Positions 11,746-20,516 of a stretch of 64,000 nt of DNA are shown here, piece after piece. The translations under genes were made by a program, and so were the position numbers. How positions within the stretch are numbered: the first letter of the stretch is position 1; every line of letters begins with the position of its first letter. Under the pieces are notes generated by a model that ran no database searches, was not told the origin of the DNA, and was given only the letters and a program-made list of their open reading frames with translations. The stretch comes from Oligoflexales bacterium (lineage in GTDB: Bacteria > Bdellovibrionota_B > Oligoflexia > Oligoflexales > CAIYRB01), in contig JBGSUI010000126.1 in the NCBI GenBank assembly GCA_041736175.1, positions 6,863 through 70,862 on the forward strand, in the 5' to 3' direction.

Positions 11746-13017
11746 TTAAGCAGACTGCTTTTTCGTCGGATTCTCTTCAATTTCCATGCGATCAAAATTG
11801 ATGGCTAGATCCGGTTCCTCAGCGGGGGAATCCGGTCTGCTCCCCTCAAGTCGTTCTAATCCTCTTTTGGGTTTATCAAAATTAGGTTTATGGAGGAGAG
11901 CCTGGGCGTAGTACCATTTGGCTTTTTCGGTGTCGCTATTTTTTTCGTGGGCATGGCCGATATTAAACAAGATCCGAGGATCATGGGGTACAAATTTAAG
12001 GGCCATCATATACCGAGCGATACCCTCTTGAAACTGGCCCAGTCGGATATAGGAGGTCCCGAGGGCATTGAGGGTGCTAGCGTCTTTGGTATCCAAGTCG
12101 ATAGCCTTTGAAAAGTGTTTACGAGCCTTATCATACTCATCTTGGGCAAGATAGACGTAGCCTAAACCTTTGTAGCCGTCAGCCAGCCGAGGGCTTAATT
12201 GGACGGTTTTTTTAAAGAATTTTTCTGAGGCTTCCAGAGCCGAGATTTCCAGATAACAGCGTGCAAGGACGAGGGTGTAGCGGGGATTTTCGGGGCTCAT
12301 CTCGTGGAGGATGATAGCCGTTTGCAGCATACCTGCCCGGTCTTTGCGCTCTTCTAGGACATCCAACATCATTCTAAAGGCCTCGATATATTCAGGGTTT
12401 GCCTGAGTTGCCTGGTTTAAATAGCGTAGTGCCCCCATGGAATTTTTCTTTTTTTGCTCGATCATAGCTAAACCAACAAGAGCTTTTGCCGATTTTGCCT
12501 GGATACTCAGGGCTTCGTTAAAGAGACTTTCACTAAGATTCAAATCCCCTTTTTCTAGCTGCTCGTGGGCAAGATCCAAGATCTGCGCAAGGCGGGTCGG
12601 AGACTGTTGCAGTTTGATAATGCTTGCTAACTGATAACAAAACTCCTCATAAGAAAACGGTTTGAGAAGGTAGGAATGGATTTTAAGCTCCGAAGCTAGG
12701 ATCACGTCCTTCCGCAGGTTTTCCGTCGACAAAAGCATAAAGGCGGTGTCTTTGTAGCTGGGTTCTTTGCGTAGCGACCGACAAAACTGAAGTCCATTTT
12801 CGCCTTCCATCGACCATTCAACGATAAAAAGACCGACCCGCGCTGTCAGGAGTTCGCGACGGGCCTCTTGGACTGAACTCACCAACTTGATTCTGGTTAC
12901 TCTGAGATTGGTGAGAAACTGCTTGATGGAAGTCCGGTAATTGACGGAGGGCTCCACCACAAGGACAACCTTGTCGTGGAGAAACTCAGAGAGGCGTTTT
13001 TGGACTGCGTTATTCAT
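11746..13017 (-). CDS. Atypical receiver domain + TPR repeat protein
   Basis: CheY-like N-terminus (VLVVEP, FIVEWSM, YLLKPF) followed by multiple TPR-like helical repeats. Confidence 0.85.
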   Translation of the reverse strand: MNNAVQKRLSEFLHDKVVLVVEPSVNYRTSIKQFLTNLRVTRIKLVSSVQEARRELLTARVGLFIVEWSMEGENGLQFCRSLRKEPSYKDTAFMLLSTENLRKDVILASELKIHSYLLKPFSYEEFCYQLASIIKLQQSPTRLAQILDLAHEQLEKGDLNLSESLFNEALSIQAKSAKALVGLAMIEQKKKNSMGALRYLNQATQANPEYIEAFRMMLDVLEERKDRAGMLQTAIILHEMSPENPRYTLVLARCYLEISALEASEKFFKKTVQLSPRLADGYKGLGYVYLAQDEYDKARKHFSKAIDLDTKDASTLNALGTSYIRLGQFQEGIARYMMALKFVPHDPRILFNIGHAHEKNSDTEKAKWYYAQALLHKPNFDKPKRGLERLEGSRPDSPAEEPDLAINFDRMEIEENPTKKQSA

Positions 13018-13155
13018 CAAAGTAGGTATCGGAAAAACCCCCATTGAGCCTTAACTGGGGCGCAGGCAGAGGACCCGGAAGAAAGTAGATAATATTGAAA
13101 GTACTAAATAAATTGGGCTTATTTTGGATTTGACGATGGGACCTAAAAATAACCC

Positions 13156-13185
13156 TTGCACCTAGACCAAGAGACCCGGTGTAAT
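13156..13185 (+). promoter_or_regulatory. Candidate sigma70 promoter for the ABC pair
   Basis: TTGCAC-18 nt-TGTAAT, followed by AAAGGAGG RBS before TTG 13215. Confidence 0.35.
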
Positions 13186-13214
13186 AGTCATGTCTGGCGG
13201 CTAAAGGAGGTCCA

Positions 13215-14900
13215 TTGCAAACCGGGGTGCTTAAATTATATAGCCAATCGCTCTTAAGGCACTGGCCCGCTTATCTTTTTGGGACGTTTTTTCTGCTTTT
13301 AACGAGCGTTTCAGAGATCGTGGTTCCCAAATTTATCCAGTGGACGCTTGATGCCGTTCACGTGTCCGCAAAGCTTGGAGGCGGAAGCGGTGCCGCGCAG
13401 CTTGGTCACTACGCATGGTCCCTGGGAGCTTTTTTGATTTGTGGATTTATCGGGCGGGTCGGCTGGCGGCATCTTTTAGCCCGAAGGACCCACGAGGCAG
13501 GGTATGAATTAAAAGTCGATTTTTGGAATGCGCTCCGTCGCCAACCCCTGTCTGTATTTGATCGCTATACCCTGGGGGATCTCATGAACCGCGCTACGGG
13601 GGATTGGCATGCGGCGCGGGTGATTCACGGTTTTACCTTGGTCTTAACCTTGGACTTGATTTTCTTTACCGTCTTTGCCCTCGTTATGATGTTTGCCATT
13701 GACCCCTTTGTGGCGCTTCTCTGCATCTTGATCTTTCCTTTTTTGCCGCCCAAGATTCTTAAAATTGCCCGCAAAGAACATGATCTTCATCTCGTCGCAC
13801 AGGAAGAGCTGAGCTCCCTCTCACAGGCAGTCACCCAGACTCTCAGCTCCCTGCGGTTTAATCGAGCCACCGATAGCGAAGAGGTGAAAGCTAAGATCCT
13901 CACCCAGCATGCCAGGGATTATGCCGATAGGCGGCTTGCGGTGGTTCAAACAGGATGGAAAATCTATCCTTGGAGTGCCCTTCCGACACTGATCGCCTAT
14001 GGAATCCTCCTTGGAGTCGGAGTCCTTCAGGTTTCCCGAGGGCTTTTGACGATTGGCGAGTTTGTGGCCTTACAGTCCTATGTCCTTATGCTGCAAGGCC
14101 CCCTTTTGGAGTTAGGAGACTGTATTGCTGAATGGCAAAAAGGTTTTGCCAGTTTGGGACGCATCCACGAAATCATCGGCCTTAAGGACCGGGTTGACCG
14201 GCAGCACTGGCATGACGTCTCAGCGGCCGAGTCGACGCAACCGCTACCTATCTTAAGACTCAGGGAGGTCTTCTTTCGCTATGGTAGCGAGGGTGACTGG
14301 ATCCTCAACAATATTCATTTAGCTGTTAATCCTGGGGAATGGGCTGGACTCTCGGGTCCCATCGGCGCGGGTAAGACCACGTTGATCCATCTTTGTGCGG
14401 GACTACTCCCCTCAAAACAGGGCACGGTGGATATCGGGGGTCGTGACATTAGTGGTGTGTCAAACCAATGGTTGCGGTCTCAGATTACGGTGATGACCCA
14501 ACGATCTTTCCTATTTGCGAGCACGATTCGCAGCAATCTCTGCCTCGATTTAGCTTTTACCGATGAGCAGCTATGGGAGGTCTTGGAAAAGGTCGGGCTG
14601 GCTGCGGATTTTTCCCGTTTGCCTGATAAACTGGACGAAGTTCTCGGTGAGTCAGGGGTAAACCTCTCGGGAGGCCAAAGGCAGCGGCTTGCTTTTGCAA
14701 GGGGGCTCTTACGCCTCAATCCCGTACTTTTAATCGATGACGCCCTGAGTGCGGTGGATGCACAGACCGAAGCCAAAATCCTTGAGGCTATCAAACCGAT
14801 CCTTCGGGACAAAACGGTTTTATGGGCAGCCCATAGGGGATCTACCCTTGGTCTCTGCCACCAGGTCTATCATCTGGAGCGAGGCGTGCTGAGCTTATGA
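13215..14900 (+). CDS. ABC exporter ATP-binding/permease, MdlA-like half
   Basis: TM domain; Walker A GPIGAGKTT, LSGGQRQR, degenerate Walker B LIDDALS. Confidence 0.9.
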   Translation: MQTGVLKLYSQSLLRHWPAYLFGTFFLLLTSVSEIVVPKFIQWTLDAVHVSAKLGGGSGAAQLGHYAWSLGAFLICGFIGRVGWRHLLARRTHEAGYELKVDFWNALRRQPLSVFDRYTLGDLMNRATGDWHAARVIHGFTLVLTLDLIFFTVFALVMMFAIDPFVALLCILIFPFLPPKILKIARKEHDLHLVAQEELSSLSQAVTQTLSSLRFNRATDSEEVKAKILTQHARDYADRRLAVVQTGWKIYPWSALPTLIAYGILLGVGVLQVSRGLLTIGEFVALQSYVLMLQGPLLELGDCIAEWQKGFASLGRIHEIIGLKDRVDRQHWHDVSAAESTQPLPILRLREVFFRYGSEGDWILNNIHLAVNPGEWAGLSGPIGAGKTTLIHLCAGLLPSKQGTVDIGGRDISGVSNQWLRSQITVMTQRSFLFASTIRSNLCLDLAFTDEQLWEVLEKVGLAADFSRLPDKLDEVLGESGVNLSGGQRQRLAFARGLLRLNPVLLIDDALSAVDAQTEAKILEAIKPILRDKTVLWAAHRGSTLGLCHQVYHLERGVLSL

Positions 14901-16801
14901 AACCTTTTTTTAATAAACAAATAAATCCCAGCGATCCCATAAGTGGTGACGGGTCCACAGGACTCCTCGAAGCTGATGATTTTGCGACTTTGGTCAAGAG
15001 CAAGTCCATGGGACTCACCTACCTCTTTCGGTTTGCCGAAGGTTTAAAGGGCCCATTTGTCGGAGCACTTTTGCTTATGGTGTTGTCTTCGGCGATGGTC
15101 ATGGCCTCGGCGAGGGTTTTAGGATCTCTCGTGGAAATCTTGGTCAAACTCTACGGGGGCGGGGATACCCAAGGTGCATCTCCCAGCCGGGCGACTGCTT
15201 TTCCAATGATACCCACTATACTATGGATCTACGGAGCTTGTTTTTTGGGATTTGAGGTGACAGCGATGGTGCTTCAATATTTCGGGCGGATTCACCTCGC
15301 TAAAGCGACTATCGAGCTGACGTTTCAGGTGCGTTGCCAACTCTTCCAAAAAATCCAACGCCTGCCCATGAACTATTTCGATACCCAGCCCCTCGGTAGG
15401 ATCATTACGCGGGTGACAGCAGATGTGGAAGGAGTGGAAACCTTTTTTCAGACGACCTTTGCCCGGGTGCTTATCGCCTTGATCAATATCGTCTCAGTCC
15501 TGGTAGCCATGCTGCTAACGGATCTCAAGTTTGGACTGATTATTTTGGTTTGTAGCTTGCCAGCCTTGGCATTTACCTTAAGCTTTCGAAACGCTGTACG
15601 CTACTGGCTACGGACCTATAAACGAAAGGGTGCTTTCGTCAACGCCAAGCTTGCCGAGTATCTCAACGGAATCGGCGTGATTAGGCTTTTTGGCCTCGAG
15701 GACTGGAGTAAACGCTCGTTTACGGCAGCATCCCTTGAAATGCGCCATGCAGGTCTAAGGATCATGTTCTGGAACAGCATTCTGCGGCCGATCGCCATCC
15801 TGCTGTGTTCTTTTCCAACGCTGCTTATTCTCTATTGGGGCGGGCTCCGGGTCTTAGCGGGAACCCTTCCCATCGGAGCCCTTGTGGCTTTTGTTCGCTT
15901 AAGCGAGCGGTTCACCAGCCCCATTCGCACCCTGTCCCAGGAGGCACCTAATATCCAAGAGGCTCTCGTCTCGGGAGAACGGGTGCGTCGTATGCTCCTC
16001 GAAGGAGAAGAGGATGAGACCCTAGGTTCCGACGGCACCCTGACCCCTGATTTGGTGGGAGACGTGGAATACCGTAAGGTGTCGATGCACTACCAAGGAT
16101 TCCAAACGCTCATCCTTAAAGAAGTGAGTTTTAAAGTTAAGGCAGGGATGTCAGTGGGTATTGTCGGAGCGACGGGGTCAGGCAAGACCACGACGATCAA
16201 CCTTTTACCCCGCTTTTATCCATTTCAGAGTGGAGAAATCTTCCTGGATGGCACGTCGATCACAGAGATTTCGCGCAAACACCTAAGGTCACAGCTTGGA
16301 TATGTTTACCAAGATACGGTCTTGTCCCGAGGGTCTATCCGCAACAATCTTAAAGAGCTTTCGGGCCAATCAGACCTGAGCGATCGCAATCTCACCGAAG
16401 CCGCAGCTAAGACTGGACTGCTGCAAAGGGTCCAGGAGTATCCCCAGGGCCTCGATCTCGATGTGGGCGAAAATGGGTGTCGGCTGTCTATGGGGGAGCG
16501 CCAACTGGTCGCCCTGACGGGGGTGATTCTGCGTAGCCCACGGATCTTAATCCTGGATGAGGCGACGGCCCATATGGATGAAACCGTCGAAAAGCTTGTG
16601 CAGCAAGCGGTCTATGAAGTCATGGAAAACAGAACAACATTTATCATTGCCCACCGGCTATCTACGGTGAGACGCTGTGATCTGATTTTGGTGTTTGACC
16701 AAGGCCAAATTTGTGAGCAAGGCACCTTTGATGAGCTTATGGGGGCCCGGGGGAGATTTCACCAACTTGTCACCTATCAGCAGGTTTTAGGCGTTTCCTA
16801 G
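14897..16801 (+). CDS. ABC exporter ATP-binding/permease, MdlB-like half
   Basis: ATGA overlap with the upstream gene; GATGSGKTT, LSMGERQL, LILDEAT, IAHRLST. Confidence 0.9.
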   Translation: MKPFFNKQINPSDPISGDGSTGLLEADDFATLVKSKSMGLTYLFRFAEGLKGPFVGALLLMVLSSAMVMASARVLGSLVEILVKLYGGGDTQGASPSRATAFPMIPTILWIYGACFLGFEVTAMVLQYFGRIHLAKATIELTFQVRCQLFQKIQRLPMNYFDTQPLGRIITRVTADVEGVETFFQTTFARVLIALINIVSVLVAMLLTDLKFGLIILVCSLPALAFTLSFRNAVRYWLRTYKRKGAFVNAKLAEYLNGIGVIRLFGLEDWSKRSFTAASLEMRHAGLRIMFWNSILRPIAILLCSFPTLLILYWGGLRVLAGTLPIGALVAFVRLSERFTSPIRTLSQEAPNIQEALVSGERVRRMLLEGEEDETLGSDGTLTPDLVGDVEYRKVSMHYQGFQTLILKEVSFKVKAGMSVGIVGATGSGKTTTINLLPRFYPFQSGEIFLDGTSITEISRKHLRSQLGYVYQDTVLSRGSIRNNLKELSGQSDLSDRNLTEAAAKTGLLQRVQEYPQGLDLDVGENGCRLSMGERQLVALTGVILRSPRILILDEATAHMDETVEKLVQQAVYEVMENRTTFIIAHRLSTVRRCDLILVFDQGQICEQGTFDELMGARGRFHQLVTYQQVLGVS

Positions 16802-17022
16802 GCGTGGATTTAAGAGCCCAAAAACTGCCTAAAAAATGCATAAAAATTGGTGATTTTTGTTTAAACTTTTTACTTTACGCTTGATGACCCAGGGTCTCGC
16901 TGCGAAATTTCTTGAGGATTTTGCCACCGTCAAAGTAAGCACAGTTTTTGCACTGATAGATAGATCACCAACAGAATTGTATTTGTTATGAAATCTTTCC
17001 CGTTCCCATACCCATTGTTTCA

Positions 17023-17967
17023 ATGGTTTCAGGGTGTCTAAACATCTTTATGGGGAGACTAGAATTGAAAGTAACAAACAAAACGGGAATGATTGTGAGT
17101 TTGGCATGTTTTATGGCGACTCTGGGATTCTATGGAACCCTGGGCTGTCATCAGCCAGCGACCGAAAGCAGTTCGGAGGTGATGGCTGTAGATTCCGGAG
17201 CACAGATTACGGGGCGTACCTCCATGGGTCCACGTGATGGCTACCAGTGCCAACCCTATTATTCCTATACAGGAGATGAACAGGTCGAAGGCCGCTGGAT
17301 TGCTGGTCTAGATGGTAAATCTTTTGGGAGCCTCTATGATGCAGAAGGCCCAAAATTGGGTCAGCTGGCTTGCAATAATAAGTTTACAATCACCTACAAT
17401 GGCAAATGTGAAAACTTTATCGTTATGGACCGCATCTGGGAAAATGATGGAGCAGGTGAGCAAACCTATAGTGATAAGGGCAATTCTTTGAAAAAAATCA
17501 ATGGCAAGGGGCCAGGCTACTCTCAGATGGATATTGCAAATGGGCCCTTCCAAAGCCTTTTTCAAGGCAAGAATCCAGCCGTCGGGAGCTACCATATCAA
17601 CCCCGGTGCTACCTGTCCTACGGGGGGAGTCACATCGCAGTCACCTTCCCAACCGGTGACAGGCTCCCCTGGAATGCAAGGTGCCTCGCCACCAAACGCT
17701 GAGACCAGCAGTGGTTTCAATGCAGAGGCCGGTTTTGGCGCTCCCAATTCCTTAGCTGGGACTGGGGTTGGAATGCCGACGACGACTCAGTCACCAGTGG
17801 CGACAACCTCACCACAACCCCCACTTTCTACGCCTGATTTCCCAAATTGTATCAACAGGGATTACTGCTCAGAAGCCTGGGGGTGGCATAAACAGGGTGA
17901 ACATGGCTGTAACGCCGGAAGCCCTGGGTGGATTCAGGACCAGAATGGATGTAGCTGTCGGTGCTAA
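17023..17967 (+). CDS. Hypothetical lipoprotein with Pro/Ser/Thr linker and Cys-rich C-terminal module
   Basis: Lipobox TLGC; low-complexity linker; C-terminal CINRDYC...GC...GCSCRC. Confidence 0.7.
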   Translation: MVSGCLNIFMGRLELKVTNKTGMIVSLACFMATLGFYGTLGCHQPATESSSEVMAVDSGAQITGRTSMGPRDGYQCQPYYSYTGDEQVEGRWIAGLDGKSFGSLYDAEGPKLGQLACNNKFTITYNGKCENFIVMDRIWENDGAGEQTYSDKGNSLKKINGKGPGYSQMDIANGPFQSLFQGKNPAVGSYHINPGATCPTGGVTSQSPSQPVTGSPGMQGASPPNAETSSGFNAEAGFGAPNSLAGTGVGMPTTTQSPVATTSPQPPLSTPDFPNCINRDYCSEAWGWHKQGEHGCNAGSPGWIQDQNGCSCRC

Positions 17968-18070
17968 ACAAATTTAGACTTCATGCCTTCCATCAGGGGC
18001 TCGAAGCTATTCCTTAAAATCTAGATTTACATATCCAATAGATGGTCCGAGGGCACGAATCTCGAGAATC

Positions 18071-18913
18071 TTAATTGTCCTCGGATTCTAGATATTTTTT
18101 GATGAAATCTGCAACCACGGCAATCTGTGTATGGGCCACGATGATCGATAGATTTATCTTAGGGTCGATCGTTTCGGAATTGGTCCTGGCTGCAATGCCG
18201 ATAATGACGCCCTCTGCATCCAGCATGGGTCCGCCTGAATCGCCGTGGGCAAGGGCGACATCTGAGCCCGTTGGCTTATTGAGCCCTTGGGGCATAGCGT
18301 CGCGTATGCCGCGGGAATAGATAAAGTGATCGTCTAGGTAGGATATTTGAGTGGTGCCCATGCGTTTAACACCTGATCCGGTGACGATTTCCCTTATTGC
18401 CGTGTATTGATTGCCCCCAAAACCTACCAGTTTGACTTGGTCGCCTTTTTGGGGAAGTTTAGCCGCAAAGTCCATGGGAACTGCATTTTTGACCTCACCA
18501 TCAAGCTTTACCATGGCTACATCAAAACGCGGTTGGCCCCTATACTCAGGATGGATTATAATCTCCAGGCTGCGCAGTCCTGCGGGGCTGGCTAACCTGA
18601 TCGTCCGATCCTGACCCGATTTTTTGTTTTTAACACAATGTGCGGCTGTCAGAAGAATCCTTGGCCTAATAAGGCTTGCGGTGCACCTTGACGGTGTTAC
18701 GCTCCCTGGTTCTTCACCTTGGATCATAAACACGCCCTGATCCCCTAAATCCAGCAGTCCATTAGTCACTCGAGGTGATGAAAAGCTTTCAGGCCGACAA
18801 CTGCATAGAATCGCAGAAAAACATACAAAAACCAATTTTGGAACACTACCCAAGGTTGTTTCCTCAATATTATTGATGGAGTGGAGAGGGCAATCAGCCA
18901 TTTGAGGCAGCAT
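18071..18913 (-). CDS. Trypsin-like (S1) serine protease, lipoprotein
   Basis: LTAAHC, FDVAMV, GDSGGP triad; lipobox ILCSC; start uncertain (ORF track extends to 19165). Confidence 0.9.
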   Translation of the reverse strand: MLPQMADCPLHSINNIEETTLGSVPKLVFVCFSAILCSCRPESFSSPRVTNGLLDLGDQGVFMIQGEEPGSVTPSRCTASLIRPRILLTAAHCVKNKKSGQDRTIRLASPAGLRSLEIIIHPEYRGQPRFDVAMVKLDGEVKNAVPMDFAAKLPQKGDQVKLVGFGGNQYTAIREIVTGSGVKRMGTTQISYLDDHFIYSRGIRDAMPQGLNKPTGSDVALAHGDSGGPMLDAEGVIIGIAARTNSETIDPKINLSIIVAHTQIAVVADFIKKYLESEDN

Positions 18914-19161
18914 CAAAGGATTCAGCCCCTTGAGGCGCTTCACCACGCAAACTCCCCTGCAAAAACTGATCCGCTTTTTTGAACAGATGTTCGCCCGACC
19001 TAGCATTCGACATGTATTCGTTGGCGAGGCTCCCAGAATTGGATTAGTTGGCGGGCGGGCGGAGAATCGTAATCGTAATGCACTTAATACTTTTTTCTCG
19101 TCGTCATAGCATTTTCGAACTAGGCAATTACGATGCGTGCGTTCCGCTAGCTCATTAAAAA

Positions 19162-20319
19162 TCAACTCCTAGGTGGATTTTTCGCAATAAACAGAGATAA
19201 GAGTGGATCCGAAATTCGGTATCCCATGTCCAACTCCCATTCTAGGACTCCCAGACGTATGAATTTATCGATCGACTTGCTAATACTGCTGGCATTGCTC
19301 ATAACATCTTTTATAAATTCATTGGAATTAGGTGCCGAAACATAAGTCCTTTTGGCAACGGCATGTAGTATGGCTTTTTCTTTGATGGAATAAGGCGCTA
19401 AATGATAACGATAGGTCTGTTGCTTGCCTTGAAGCAGTCCATGAATCGAATTCCATGCGTCACTTGAACTTATAATTCCTGATAAGTTGGCATCATGTCT
19501 AAACCAAAAACCGACTTCCGATATTGCGTTTGGGACATGACATAATCGTTCGCAGATTTCGCCCAGCGTTTCGATGGAAATACTCTTGTTGTGCGCCTGT
19601 AGCCTTATATTAAAGTACTCATGCCAATCGCTTACCGGGATCGGTGGTAAACTAATCTCATCGCCAAAACTAAAGAAAGGTGCATGAGCAGAAGCGAACA
19701 TTTCGGTTAACAGCTGGCGCTTTGAACCGGAAATCAACGTTGGAATTTTTGTAATTCTCTGCAGATGACTACGCAAAATTCCTTCTGCTTGGGGTACAAA
19801 TTTGATATCTTGAAACTCGTCAAGCACTAGCAGGACGGGATGTTGCTTGCTTATGTTAAATAAAGCCGCAAAATATTCTTCAATGGTTTTCTGCTCTTTG
19901 CCTAGCTGACCTTTGATAGACGCCGAAGGCTGGCCTGTCATAGGATCTATATCAAAGGTCAACGACAGGTTTTTAAAATAGTTTGCCATCGATTCAAAAA
20001 AGCCACGAACTGGTGACTTTGAGCGAAGGGACTTTGAGATGGATTGAGTCAGGCGCTGCTCTATGGACGATAGATCAATGACATCCATAAAATCTACATA
20101 AAATAAAAATCCCCCTTTATGAGTTTCCAAGAAGTCAGCTGCTAGGACGTTCTGCATAAGTGATGTTTTGCCATATCGACGAGGCGCATAGATGACGACC
20201 TTCTGACCACGAGAAATCATACGGCCAATGGCCGCTGTTTCCGATTTTCGATCGCAAATGTTACACCGATCTACTAATGTATCATATTGAAATTCACGAT
20301 TAATTGTCTTTTTTGCCAT
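19162..20319 (-). CDS. AAA ATPase (archaeal-ATPase/ATPase_2-like) with probable C-terminal winged helix
   Basis: YAPRRYGKTS Walker A, LVLDEFQ Walker B, ISDPLL end motif; visibly more AT-rich than its neighbours. Confidence 0.85.
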   Translation of the reverse strand: MAKKTINREFQYDTLVDRCNICDRKSETAAIGRMISRGQKVVIYAPRRYGKTSLMQNVLAADFLETHKGGFLFYVDFMDVIDLSSIEQRLTQSISKSLRSKSPVRGFFESMANYFKNLSLTFDIDPMTGQPSASIKGQLGKEQKTIEEYFAALFNISKQHPVLLVLDEFQDIKFVPQAEGILRSHLQRITKIPTLISGSKRQLLTEMFASAHAPFFSFGDEISLPPIPVSDWHEYFNIRLQAHNKSISIETLGEICERLCHVPNAISEVGFWFRHDANLSGIISSSDAWNSIHGLLQGKQQTYRYHLAPYSIKEKAILHAVAKRTYVSAPNSNEFIKDVMSNASSISKSIDKFIRLGVLEWELDMGYRISDPLLSLFIAKNPPRS

Positions 20320-20350
20320 GGAGCGCCCTTGTCCTTGTCCTTGATATGAT

Positions 20351-20392
20351 GCTTTTAGCATAACGCTTTTAGCATAACGCTTTTAGCATAAC
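20351..20392. repeat. Perfect 3x14-bp tandem repeat GCTTTTAGCATAAC
   Basis: Units at 20351-20364, 20365-20378 and 20379-20392, read directly. Confidence 0.95.
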
Positions 20393-20450
20393 CAAGACAG
20401 TAAAAAAGCGTGTATCTCCACCCACCGCAGTGTTTCTTCCATAAGGGCAA

Positions 20451-20473
20451 AAGGCACCTTGCATGGGTGCCTT
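20451..20473. terminator. Hairpin downstream of the M13 peptidase gene (possible terminator)
   Basis: AAGGCACC-7 nt-GGTGCCTT. Confidence 0.35.
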
Positions 20474-20516
20474 GAATGGATGTAGCTGCCGTTGTACATC
20501 AGGCTTCCGGCATCGG

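Noticed and set aside
13215-14900. Degenerate Walker B (DD) in the first ABC half as a pseudoenzyme
   Set aside because: One degenerate site is normal for heterodimeric MdlAB-type exporters
16937-16952. AAGCAC-N5-TTGCA sigma54-like box upstream of the 17023 gene
   Set aside because: The invariant -24 GG is AG
20351-20392. Tandem repeat considered as a CRISPR mini-array or replication iterons of a plasmid
   Set aside because: No spacers, no cas genes and no rep gene in the window
20474-20495. Sequence encoding NGCSCRC, echoing the C-terminus of the 17023 lipoprotein (17943-17964) with only synonymous differences
   Set aside because: Similarity does not extend either side, the frame has a nearby upstream stop, and a match of this length is plausible by chance in 64 kb
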